Below are positions 1 through 8,320 of a stretch of DNA of 32,000 nucleotides, piece by piece. Under the pieces are notes generated by a model. It was given only the letters and a program-made list of their open reading frames with translations. It did not search any database and was not told the DNA's origin. Every line of letters begins with the position of its first letter. Within the stretch, counting starts at the first letter, position 1. This DNA is from Candidatus Saccharimonadota bacterium (GTDB taxonomy: Bacteria; Patescibacteriota; Gracilibacteria; UBA1369; 2-02-FULL-48-14): contig OZ246396.1 in assembly GCA_965230905.1 (NCBI GenBank), positions 300,001-332,000 on the forward strand. Reading direction: 5' to 3'. The translations under genes were made by a program, and so were the position numbers.

Positions 1-1329
1 ATCTGGAGTTAAGTTGGTCTGTGCTTTTTCGAGCAAGTCGATGAACTCCTTTCGGATTGCAGTGTAAGGATCGATCGGAGCGGGGGCTGCTGCAGGAGGC
101 ACTATGACCCACCCCAACTTTTTTTTCATTTCGCGCTCGCGTTCCAAAAGTTTGGCTTTTGTGGGTTTCTTTACATTGAACAGATTTTCAATTTGTTCAC
201 GTAAATCATCCGGATTCATGGTGAGCTCTGCTGCTAGACTAGCAGAATCTAAAATGTCACCCACCTGAATCTCAATATCATCGATTCCGTCTGTCTTGAT
301 TTGATTCAAGAAAGGCTTCAAGGTCTTATTAGGGTTGACCTTCAATATACTATCTCCGATCTTAGAGTAATTCATTGCGTAATCATCCACTTTTTCAGCC
401 GTGCCATAAATTTTTTCAACCGCATCTTTAGTGAGCCAGGTTCTAACATTCTTAATGATGTCGATGAGTGCTTCGTGTTGATTTTCCACCCGTGGATCCA
501 AGTCGTGTACATCGAAAGTTTCCACTCCATGATGCGAATGGATGTGAACTCCTAAGAGGGTCAAGAGCATGGTGGTTTGCTTTTCTACAATCTGTCGGTC
601 CGCTACTCCGCTCCAATCCAAAATATTAGAGGTTTGTTTCTTGAGTTCTTCACGTCCACTTTCACTGTTAAGGGATTTCTTAAAACGGGCCTCATCGGTG
701 AACATGTAGAGCGCCCTTTCCACATTATCAATATCCAATCCCGCACAGAATCCTTCGAGAGCATGGTGATCGAGGGCGATTTCCTTTTTCTTCGCTGCTT
801 TCTTATCCTTTTTCAGTTTATGCAAAATTTGGTCTCCAATGTGTTGGTCGTCGGTTGCAATAGGGTGGAGGCTTGGAAAGAGTTTTCCTTTAACCCACTC
901 GGCGGCTTTTGCTATGCCCCCTAATGCGGGAACCGCGTGACCATAGTGAGCCAAGGCGTGGATTCCTTTATCAAAAAGGTCGCCGTCGTGGTCGTCGTGA
1001 CCCGCAATGGCGGCCGCTGCACCGGCTGCCGTGGCAACCGCTGAAGCAATAGGATGTCCGTGGGAGTCTACCGCAGGCGCGGCGTGTCTAGCAGCAGCGG
1101 CGGGAGCTGGATGGTGGTGAGGATCTACAGGAGGATGACCGCCATTTGCGGCTGGATGTGCAAATGTTTCTTTACCGGCAACATAAGTAACTCCTTTCAC
1201 CAAACGTGCAAACGATTCAGCAATACCCATCACCCCTCCATTCTTGAAGTGCATACTGTTGTTTGCAGCATTAGGAGCTTCGTGGCCTCCATCGTGATGT
1301 TCCGCTGATTGTGCAGGTGCTGATGACAT
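1..1329 (-). CDS. Hypothetical His-rich protein, partial (443 codons visible; C-terminal part lies beyond the left window edge)
   Basis: Absent from the ORF track because it is open at the edge. My codon-by-codon translation of the reverse strand from the ATG at 1329 has no stop down to position 1: MSSAPAQSAEHHDGGHEAPNAAN...GHPPVDPHHHPAPAAAARHAAPAVDSHGHP...GHDDHDGDLFDKGIHALAHYGH...TNLTPD. It starts 8 nt after the stop of the upstream gene. The + strand ORFs 301-555, 577-924 and 1054-1308 are antisense to it. No family recognised. Confidence 0.7.
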   Translation of the reverse strand, partial: MSSAPAQSAEHHDGGHEAPNAANNSMHFKNGGVMGIAESFARLVKGVTYVAGKETFAHPAANGGHPPVDPHHHPAPAAAARHAAPAVDSHGHPIASAVATAAGAAAAIAGHDDHDGDLFDKGIHALAHYGHAVPALGGIAKAAEWVKGKLFPSLHPIATDDQHIGDQILHKLKKDKKAAKKKEIALDHHALEGFCAGLDIDNVERALYMFTDEARFKKSLNSESGREELKKQTSNILDWSGVADRQIVEKQTTMLLTLLGVHIHSHHGVETFDVHDLDPRVENQHEALIDIIKNVRTWLTKDAVEKIYGTAEKVDDYAMNYSKIGDSILKVNPNKTLKPFLNQIKTDGIDDIEIQVGDILDSASLAAELTMNPDDLREQIENLFNVKKPTKAKLLEREREMKKKLGWVIVPPAAAPAPIDPYTAIRKEFIDLLEKAQTNLTPD

Positions 1330-1337
1330 AATTAAGT

Positions 1338-3980
1338 TTAGTGATGAGCTCCGCCGCCGTGAGCGGCTGCGGGCGCGTGACCCGCGTCTCCATGAGCCGC
1401 GTGACCGTGGCCATGAGGAGCATGAAATATAGAAAGTTCAGGAATAGTTGCGTTCAATCCAAACAAATCCTTTGAAGCGGCATTCGCCACTCCTTCTCCG
1501 GCTCCATATAGACTGAAGAGTGCGCCGGCTGCAAGAGCCAAGCCTCCTCCTTTGAGTCCAGCCCATCCTGAAGCAAGCTTATTGCGTGCCCACTTAAAGG
1601 GTTTGAAGAAACCTGTAGTGGGTTTAACGGTAGCGTGCGCAGGGTAATTCCAACCCCAACGTGCCGCTTGGTACGCTCGCACAAAAGGATTGCTGATCAC
1701 TCGTCCACCCGCTTTCACTGGATTCACCAGCACGGTCTGCCCAATGGCTTTAACCAGCGGCGCTCCATCAACCACAAGGTGTTTTCCAACATTGAGTACC
1801 AACGGGGCGGTTTTTTTCAATACATAGCCTCCTGCAACCAGAGTTCCCACCACTGCAGCCGCACCCAATAGACCAGTGCCGGCCGCTGCCAATGTTGTGT
1901 ATTTAGCCACGGTCTGAATAGGGTGTTTGTTGTGTTTCACAAATTCCCACGTTTTTCCTGGAGCCTTTTTCAAGCCAGGCCAAGCTTTGTCTTTGATCCA
2001 ATCCGCGATTTTTCCAGGCGCCTTTAGAATACCCGGTAAAACGGTGTCGCGCACTCCTTCTTTAACCCAGTTAAGGGCTTTTCCGGCGTGCTTGAGAGGC
2101 GTTCGGTAGAGGTTTTTTGCCAGTTCTTTATTGGTGACCGACTTGGCGGCTTCAAAAGCCTGCTTAACAATCTCGTCTATTTCTTCCGTTGGGGTTCCTG
2201 CTGGGACCATTCCTTCAATGGCTGTTTTGATATCCGCGTCTAAAAAGGGTGGCGTTGCGGATTGAAGCTGATACACCATTTCTCCCAGTTTTTCTTTTTT
2301 AACAAAATGAGTCGCGCTCTTTTTTGGCATGTCGGCGTCTTTCCAATGGCGAAGGATGTAATCAATAAGGGCTTCCTGATTTTTATGCCTTTGGATAGCG
2401 GGTTCAATTTTTAGGGATTCCCTTATAGCCTTCTCAGTTTGTCCACTGTCGGCCCAATCTCGAGTTTTTCTATAAATCCCATGCTCAAAAAGAAATGTGT
2501 CCCACTTCTTTTCATCGGTGAAAGGCAGTTTTCGGCGAGCTTCCACTCCTACCGTGGTCCACTTTTGACCAGCTTCCGCACGGTCCAACGCCGCTTGAAT
2601 GATTTCTGCCACTTCTTCTGGAGCCATGTGCTCCGCATGAATAAAATCCTTGATTTCACTCTCAATGTAGTCTGGAGTGGCGCCTGATTTCTTCAGTTCT
2701 CGCACTAAATTGTGCAAATTTCGGTTGAAAACAAACCTATCCGCGGCACGCTTGTTGAAAGCGCTGTCGGATGCACGGTCAAAGGCGTAGTCCATGACTT
2801 CTTGGTGGCGAGGCACTCCTCGATCTTGTAAAAGTCGCTCTAGATCGTTTCGGATGTCCTTGTCGGAAACGCCTTGGGTACGAAGGTAACGGATTTGGCT
2901 CACCACATTATTTTGGCGAAGCAGATTGTCCCACTTGAAGGCTTCGGCTGCAGGATTGCGGGCTTGAGCTTCATTTTTTACGGTCCGAATCACTTTTCCT
3001 CGTTTTTCTTTGGCTTCCACTTGAGCTTTGAGTGCGAGAGCTTGCTCGATAGCAGCTTCCGCTATTTGCTCGACTTCTTCCTTGCTACACGTATATTTGA
3101 CTCCGTTTACCGTGAAGGACCGGGTTAAAGTTTTTAAATCCAGTTCAATGGCCTCTAGGCCTTCCCCACGGTTCATACGATCCACAATTTCTTGCCCCAG
3201 TTTCATTGTTTTGGCTACGGCTTCGGCCTCTTTTTTGTTTGCCCGTTCGTCCCCGGCTTCTTTCATGGTCACCCGGATCAGTTCGTCCAGGTCCAGGCTG
3301 TCATAATCATTCGAAAACTCTGCTTTTAATTGAGCTACTACCTGGGCAGGATCCATAGTTTCCAGCAGGGCCCGAGCGTGGGTCACCATTCCATTTCCAC
3401 GGACTTCTTGAGCGGTGATTCCGGCGAATTCTCGGACGGCATCGCCTACGATTCCCATCCGTGTGCGGATAATTTTTTCGGGCTCGCTCGTGGGGGCCTT
3501 CTCGAGCAAATGGAAACGTCCAGTGGAGTCGATTTCGATGCGGCCTTTTCCAAAATTTTCTTCGAGGGCTCCTTTGATTTGGTCACGTTCGTCGGGAGTG
3601 GCTACATTGAGCGTAGGAGCTGCTACCCTTTGCACGAAAGGTTCACCGTTTTGAATTTCGAACTTAGTTCCATCGGGAAAGGCCCCTTTACAGCTTCCAA
3701 TGGTCCGCTTAGAATCCAGACGGAACCGTCCACTGGGGTCTATTTCGACGGGACCATTTCCAAAGTGTTTTTCAAGCCTTTCTTTAATCAAAATACGTTC
3801 GTCGGGAGTGGCTGCAATCAGCTCACTAGGTGCTACCCCTTCCACTCGGGGTTCTCCATTTTTAAAATCAAAACCAGTCCCATTGGATAACTTTCCGGTG
3901 CATTGCAAAATAGTACGGTCCGGGCCTAGCTGGAGCGCGGCTTCAAGCTCATTAACTTCGGTTTTATTTCCAGATGCCAT
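1338..3980 (-). CDS. Large hypothetical repeat protein (880 aa) with C-terminal Gly/Ala-rich hydrophobic segments and a His-rich tail
   Basis: Long uninterrupted ORF. Internal 70-residue tandem duplication (aa 21-88 and 91-158). Four ~45-residue helical repeats (aa ~361-613). PG(I/L)xKAPGK duplicated. Hydrophobic stretches TLAAAGTGLLGAAAVVGTLVAGGYVL and GGGLALAAGALFSLYGAG. Tail HAPHGHGHAAHGDAGHAPAAAHGGGAHH. No signal peptide and no family recognised. Confidence 0.75.
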   Translation of the reverse strand: MASGNKTEVNELEAALQLGPDRTILQCTGKLSNGTGFDFKNGEPRVEGVAPSELIAATPDERILIKERLEKHFGNGPVEIDPSGRFRLDSKRTIGSCKGAFPDGTKFEIQNGEPFVQRVAAPTLNVATPDERDQIKGALEENFGKGRIEIDSTGRFHLLEKAPTSEPEKIIRTRMGIVGDAVREFAGITAQEVRGNGMVTHARALLETMDPAQVVAQLKAEFSNDYDSLDLDELIRVTMKEAGDERANKKEAEAVAKTMKLGQEIVDRMNRGEGLEAIELDLKTLTRSFTVNGVKYTCSKEEVEQIAEAAIEQALALKAQVEAKEKRGKVIRTVKNEAQARNPAAEAFKWDNLLRQNNVVSQIRYLRTQGVSDKDIRNDLERLLQDRGVPRHQEVMDYAFDRASDSAFNKRAADRFVFNRNLHNLVRELKKSGATPDYIESEIKDFIHAEHMAPEEVAEIIQAALDRAEAGQKWTTVGVEARRKLPFTDEKKWDTFLFEHGIYRKTRDWADSGQTEKAIRESLKIEPAIQRHKNQEALIDYILRHWKDADMPKKSATHFVKKEKLGEMVYQLQSATPPFLDADIKTAIEGMVPAGTPTEEIDEIVKQAFEAAKSVTNKELAKNLYRTPLKHAGKALNWVKEGVRDTVLPGILKAPGKIADWIKDKAWPGLKKAPGKTWEFVKHNKHPIQTVAKYTTLAAAGTGLLGAAAVVGTLVAGGYVLKKTAPLVLNVGKHLVVDGAPLVKAIGQTVLVNPVKAGGRVISNPFVRAYQAARWGWNYPAHATVKPTTGFFKPFKWARNKLASGWAGLKGGGLALAAGALFSLYGAGEGVANAASKDLFGLNATIPELSIFHAPHGHGHAAHGDAGHAPAAAHGGGAHH

Positions 3981-4007
3981 ACGGAACTTTTTTGGTTTTA
4001 TCTAATT

Positions 4008-4036
4008 AGTATAGCAGAATTTTAGCTTTCCGGCAA
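4008..4036 (-). promoter_or_regulatory. Candidate sigma70-type promoter of the 880-aa gene (TTGCCG - 17 nt - TATACT)
   Basis: Reverse strand reads ccccTTGCCGgaaagctaaaattctgcTATACTaattaga. The -10 hexamer ends 27 nt before the ATG at 3980. Eye-based prediction only. Confidence 0.35.
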
Positions 4037-4093
4037 GGGGCGGAACAGGAGTAGAAACTTGGCAAGGAAAAGGAACTTTGGTACCGTAAAAAC

Positions 4094-4567
4094 ATGAGTC
4101 TCATCCCCTCCCCACAAATCGATAAAATATGGATGTTTTTTGCACCTCTTTTTGTGATTTTTCTGGGTGCCGATCAAGTGAGCAAAGAATGGGCCCACAA
4201 GAACCTGAGCCTCGAGAACAGCACCGACATTGGCCTGGAACTGCACTACAACGACGGCATTGTGTTTGGATTTGATCTGCCGCTGGCGGTGATTTACCTG
4301 CTCACCGTGGCCATTTTGGCTTTTGGAACGTATTTGGTGATTCAAAATAAACTCTGGCGTGACCACTGGCATTTGGCCGGACTCGCCCTTCTGCTGGCGG
4401 GCGCGCTGGGCAACCTCATCGACCGCATTCGTTTTGGCTACGTTATCGATTTTATAAAAGTTTACTGGTGGCCCACGTTCAACTTAGCCGATGTATGGAT
4501 TGTGCTCGCGGTGTTGGTCTTTAGCTGGGAATTTTTGTTCCGTGGCGAGGGCTTTAAAAAGCTCTAA
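4094..4567 (+). CDS. lspA: Lipoprotein signal peptidase (signal peptidase II)
   Basis: 157 aa with four hydrophobic segments. Signal peptidase II signature stretches LGNLIDRIRFGYVIDF and FNLADVWIVLAV. Confidence 0.85.
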   Translation: MSLIPSPQIDKIWMFFAPLFVIFLGADQVSKEWAHKNLSLENSTDIGLELHYNDGIVFGFDLPLAVIYLLTVAILAFGTYLVIQNKLWRDHWHLAGLALLLAGALGNLIDRIRFGYVIDFIKVYWWPTFNLADVWIVLAVLVFSWEFLFRGEGFKKL

Positions 4568-5622
4568 AGCTTCTGCTCGGCAATTAAGTAGTTTTCACAG
4601 GAGAATAGGTATTGTTCTAAAAATATCTTAGCCATGGGTTCCAAGGATTGTTTTTCGTAAAAAACCAGCATGGATTCTTTGTAAAAATCTTCGTCCACAC
4701 TTCGGTATGAAAGTGGCGCACAATTGTTCGCGAGCAAAATAGCATTTGCACAAAGTCGAGCCGTCCGCTTATTACCATCTTCAAACCCCTGAATGTAGCT
4801 AATACCCACAAGCATGAGCAGGGATTTTGTATACACATCCTTCGCTTTTCGCACTGCCTCAAGCAAACTTTCCAGTTCTTCGCGGATTTGATAAGGCACG
4901 CTCAAAGGCTGATATGAAGTACCCAGCACTCCTACGATGCCCTTTCGTAACCCTGTGCCTACATTGAGATCTGCGATGAGATGCCTGTGTACATTTTCAA
5001 CGTCGCGTAACTTTGGCTCCTTCCAGTCTTCAAGATTTTCTAAAATAAAGTTGAAGGTCTGCTTATGATTGAGGATCATAAAAGCTTCTTCTTTTGGGTG
5101 ACCGCTTGCTTCTTTTCCTTCTCTAAGCAGGCGCTCCGTATCCAATAATGTGTAGGTATTCCCTTCAATTCGGGAAGATTTCCATGACAGTTCAATCACA
5201 AAACGTTCCAATTCTTTTCGGGCGATGACTTCAGAAACATCCATTTTTTTACGATAATAGTGACTGGCATCGTCTAATTTTTTGACTTCTTCGGGGAGAA
5301 ATATATGCGGAGGAAAGTTTTCGAATATACGAAGGAAATATTCTTTTCTCCCCCCGCGATTGTCGATGGGCTGATTGAAATAGATCTTTGGATCATAGGG
5401 CGTCTTCAAGAGTCCTTCCATCGTGAGCCAATAGCGAGTTCCTTTTCTCTGCCCCTCAGTGGCGAGGTATCCTTTTTTCTTCAAAAGACTTAGATCCCTC
5501 CTTAAAGTAGCAGCGGAAGTTTTTTCCGGTAGCACCTTAAACAGATCTGAAAGAGCGTATTTGTTTTCGTAAGACAGGCCTTGGAGAAGCTGATTTTGTC
5601 TTTGATTTAAAATTTCAGTCAT
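4564..5622 (-). CDS. Fic/DOC family protein with N-terminal winged-helix-like domain; catalytic His position is Gln
   Basis: 352 aa. N-terminal TSAATLRRDLSLLKKKGYLATEGQRKGTRYWL (wHTH-like). Inhibitory-helix motif SSRIEG matching [ST]xxxE[GN]. The Fic core motif position reads QGFEDGNKRTAR instead of HxFx[DE]GN[GK]RxxR. The 3-prime end overlaps lspA by 4 nt (convergent). Confidence 0.8.
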   Translation of the reverse strand: MTEILNQRQNQLLQGLSYENKYALSDLFKVLPEKTSAATLRRDLSLLKKKGYLATEGQRKGTRYWLTMEGLLKTPYDPKIYFNQPIDNRGGRKEYFLRIFENFPPHIFLPEEVKKLDDASHYYRKKMDVSEVIARKELERFVIELSWKSSRIEGNTYTLLDTERLLREGKEASGHPKEEAFMILNHKQTFNFILENLEDWKEPKLRDVENVHRHLIADLNVGTGLRKGIVGVLGTSYQPLSVPYQIREELESLLEAVRKAKDVYTKSLLMLVGISYIQGFEDGNKRTARLCANAILLANNCAPLSYRSVDEDFYKESMLVFYEKQSLEPMAKIFLEQYLFSCENYLIAEQKL

Positions 5623-5625
5623 AAT

Positions 5626-5694
5626 ATTTATCGCTCAAATGTACCAGTATTATAGCTCATGATGAGCGATAAATCCATGTTAAATGAGCGATAT
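5626..5694. promoter_or_regulatory. Three copies of TGAGCGATA(A/T)A (two direct, one inverted) around a perfect TATAAT, directly upstream of the fic gene
   Basis: Plus strand has ATTTATCGCTCA at 5626-5637, TGAGCGATAAAT at 5663-5674 and TGAGCGATAT at 5685-5694. The reverse strand reads ATATCGCTCA-n10-ATTTATCGCTCA-tcatgagc-TATAAT-actggtacat-TTGAGCGATAAAT-att-ATG. Confidence 0.45.
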
Positions 5695-5758
5695 CTTTGC
5701 CCGGGCAGACCAATTGATACATTTAAGAAACTTAATTGTATCATTTTGAAACAATTAT

Positions 5759-6571
5759 TTAGAGCCTTTGAATCTCTTTGGCTTCCACAGTGAGTTGCCT
5801 CATCAGTTCCACAGGCGCTTTTTGACCTGTTAAGATTTCGAAAAGTGGGAAAACTTGGTTGAGGAACCACTGCTCGCCGGAAAGGGTGTTGGGCACATTG
5901 GCTGCCTTGGCTTCTTCCAAAAAGAGACTGGTTTTTCCGTAAGCGGCGTCCATAGCCACTTCCACATGACGCCAGAGGTAAAACGGCACCAAAGTGGACT
6001 GGCGGTCGCCGCTGCTGTGCGCGGTGGCGTTGATGATAATGTCGGGTTCTTCGCGGATGCTTTCCAGGTTCTCAATGGCCTCAATTCCGATGAGGTCAGC
6101 GAATTCTTTGGCACGGGCGAGCGTACGGTTCCAAATGGTTACGTGTGCGCCCTCTTTTTGCAGACCATAGGCCGCGCCACGCGCGGCCCCTCCTGCTCCT
6201 AAAATCAGTACTCGCTTGTCTTTAGCCGAAGGTATTACCTCATGCAAAGCGCCCATCGCCCCGAGCCAGTCCGTGTCGTAACCATGCAGCTTGCCATCGC
6301 GGTTCCACACAAAATTCACGGCGTGAATCACACCCACCTCCTCCGAAGCTTCGTCCAAATACGCAATCGACGGCGTTTTATAAGGCATGGTCGCCACCAC
6401 GCCGGCCAGTTCGCCGCTGCGCACTTTTTCCATAACGCTCGGCAGGGCGTCCGGCTCAATGTCGTGCGTTTCAAACTCCGCTTCAATGCCGGCTGCCTTA
6501 AGCGCGCCGTTCATCACGGGAGTCGTCAAACAGAATGAGAGCGGGTGCCCTATGATCCAGAATTTCTTCAT
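5759..6571 (-). CDS. aroE: Shikimate 5-dehydrogenase
   Basis: 270 aa. Landmarks are TMPYK (catalytic Lys context), AVNFV...GYDTDW (Asn/Asp), Rossmann motif LGAGGAARGAAYGL and C-terminal NQVFPLFEILTG. The N-terminal substrate loop is divergent (GHPLSFCLTTPVMN). Confidence 0.75.
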   Translation of the reverse strand: MKKFWIIGHPLSFCLTTPVMNGALKAAGIEAEFETHDIEPDALPSVMEKVRSGELAGVVATMPYKTPSIAYLDEASEEVGVIHAVNFVWNRDGKLHGYDTDWLGAMGALHEVIPSAKDKRVLILGAGGAARGAAYGLQKEGAHVTIWNRTLARAKEFADLIGIEAIENLESIREEPDIIINATAHSSGDRQSTLVPFYLWRHVEVAMDAAYGKTSLFLEEAKAANVPNTLSGEQWFLNQVFPLFEILTGQKAPVELMRQLTVEAKEIQRL

Positions 6572-7353
6572 TTCTTGGACTTCATGAATTCGCTAATCCC
6601 CTCGAGTGCTTTGAGCGCTTCCACCGGAACCATCCACACCGTGGTGTTGGATTGATCGGCCGAAATGTCGTTGATGGATTCAAGCGTTCGCAGGTGCAAA
6701 GCTCCTGGAGAATTGGACAGCATCTGAGCCGCCTTGGCGATGTTTTCCGCCGCCATCACTTCTCCCTCAGACTTGATCACCACGGCTCGTCGTTCACGTT
6801 CTGCTTCGGCTTCTTTACCAATCGTGCGCTTCATGTCATCTGGAATGATGATGTCCTTGAGCTCCACGTTCACCACTTCAATTCCCCAACCCATGGTGAA
6901 TTCAGCTACAATCTTCTTAATTTTTTCAGAGAGCTGTTCGCGTTCCGCCAAAAGATTGTCGAGAGAAACTTCTCCCACCACATTTCGCATGGTGGTTTGT
7001 GCCAACTGGCTGGTTGCGTAGTAGAAATTTTCGATGTTGATGATGGCTTTTTGCGCATCGCTTACACGGAAAAAGAGAACCGCCGTAACCCCCACGGAAA
7101 TATTGTCCTTGGTGAGCGATTCCTGAGGAGGCACTTCCACGGTTCGCAGACGCAGATCCACCTTGGTCATGGATTGGAAAATAGGAACCACCAATCTCCA
7201 TCCTGGGTGCACTACTTTAGAGAATTTTCCGAGCGTGAACTTTACCCCGCGTTCGTATTCATTAACCTGGCGAATGCTGATGAGCAAGATAACGGCAATG
7301 ACAATGAGAATGATGGGCATAGAAACAATGAGAAAGGTAATAAGATCAACCAT
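6568..7353 (-). CDS. SPFH / band-7 (stomatin-prohibitin-like) membrane protein
   Basis: 261 aa. N-terminal TM helix, SPFH core (YERGVKFTLGKF...RLRTVEVPPQESLTKDNISVGVTAVLFFRV) and an Ala/Glu-rich coiled coil (GKEAEAERERRAVVIKSEGE). Overlaps aroE by 4 nt. Confidence 0.8.
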   Translation of the reverse strand: MVDLITFLIVSMPIILIVIAVILLISIRQVNEYERGVKFTLGKFSKVVHPGWRLVVPIFQSMTKVDLRLRTVEVPPQESLTKDNISVGVTAVLFFRVSDAQKAIINIENFYYATSQLAQTTMRNVVGEVSLDNLLAEREQLSEKIKKIVAEFTMGWGIEVVNVELKDIIIPDDMKRTIGKEAEAERERRAVVIKSEGEVMAAENIAKAAQMLSNSPGALHLRTLESINDISADQSNTTVWMVPVEALKALEGISEFMKSKK

Positions 7354-7355
7354 AA

Positions 7356-8279
7356 TTATTGTGTAAGTCCCATCCAGTTTTTATAAAAAATCTTCTTTTG
7401 GATGGAGCTGGGAAGATCGAGGTCCTTAGTAAATACCGTAATGTAGTCGGCGTAAAGTTCATTCAGCCATTCCACGGTTTTATCTTCATAGCTAGTGACC
7501 ACCGCGTCGGTTCCAAATAGAATGCGGTCCTGGAAGGTGTCGAAAAATTCCTCGTAGTCTTCCTTATTGGAACGGATGGTTTCAAAGCCTTGCGCGGCAA
7601 AGTCGATGTGTCCAAAGCTGGTGTCGGTGTATAGATTGGGGAACTCCGTCATCAGCGAGGTGAGCCGAGGCAAATCTTTAGAAGCGAGGCAGAAATGTGG
7701 ACAAATCACAGTGAGGTCCGCGTGCAAGGTGAGCACATTGCGGAGTTCGGCTTCGTACTCGGCTGTGTTCACGGGCAACATCAAAGGCAGGTCTTTTTCT
7801 TCAAGCAAAGCATAGAATTCATTCAATTTGGCGTCGTCCAAAGGAGTTTGGTGCGCGTAGCTGTATCCGTTGTAGAGTTTAACCCCCACGGCCCCATCGG
7901 TGACGCAGCTTTCCACTTTTTCAAGACGGAGCGGGTCATTGGGGTCGAGCGTACAAAAGTACGAAAATTGTTCAGGATATTCGGTGACTGCGGCTTTGAG
8001 TGCCGCGTTGTTTTCTTCCACACCGCCCAAATCCACACCTTCGCCTTCAAAGTACAAAAGATCTTCAGGGATGGCTTGCAGCACGGTGTGCGTGATGCCC
8101 AATTCCACCATGGTGGTTTGAAGTTTTATGATTTCCGCCACGCTTTCCACCGATTCATGCACGTTCACAATGGGCATTTCCTTTGAACGGGTCCATTGGA
8201 ACGCCGCAATAATGAATGTCAGGCCCACTAGTCCCACGATCACAAATACGATTGGACTTGTTTGCTTGCGGGGTTTCAT
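7356..8279 (-). CDS. Membrane-anchored amidohydrolase-family (TIM-barrel metal-dependent hydrolase) protein
   Basis: 307 aa. N-terminal TM (IVFVIVGLVGLTFIIAAF). Amidohydrolase-2-like landmarks GAVGVKLY, DLPLMLPVNT, LTVICPHFC, FPNLYTDTSF and DRILFGTDAV. The first metal-ligand motif is atypical (NVHE instead of HxH). Confidence 0.55.
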   Translation of the reverse strand: MKPRKQTSPIVFVIVGLVGLTFIIAAFQWTRSKEMPIVNVHESVESVAEIIKLQTTMVELGITHTVLQAIPEDLLYFEGEGVDLGGVEENNAALKAAVTEYPEQFSYFCTLDPNDPLRLEKVESCVTDGAVGVKLYNGYSYAHQTPLDDAKLNEFYALLEEKDLPLMLPVNTAEYEAELRNVLTLHADLTVICPHFCLASKDLPRLTSLMTEFPNLYTDTSFGHIDFAAQGFETIRSNKEDYEEFFDTFQDRILFGTDAVVTSYEDKTVEWLNELYADYITVFTKDLDLPSSIQKKIFYKNWMGLTQ

Positions 8280-8320
8280 AGGAGGTGGATTACTGGCGCT
8301 AGTATGGCATAATACTTGTC

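Noticed and set aside
301-1308. Three plus-strand ORFs (301-555, 577-924, 1054-1308) offered by the track at the left edge.
   Set aside because: They lie antisense to a 443-codon stop-free minus-strand frame that starts at 1329 and runs off the window. They have TTG starts and low-complexity, implausible sequences.
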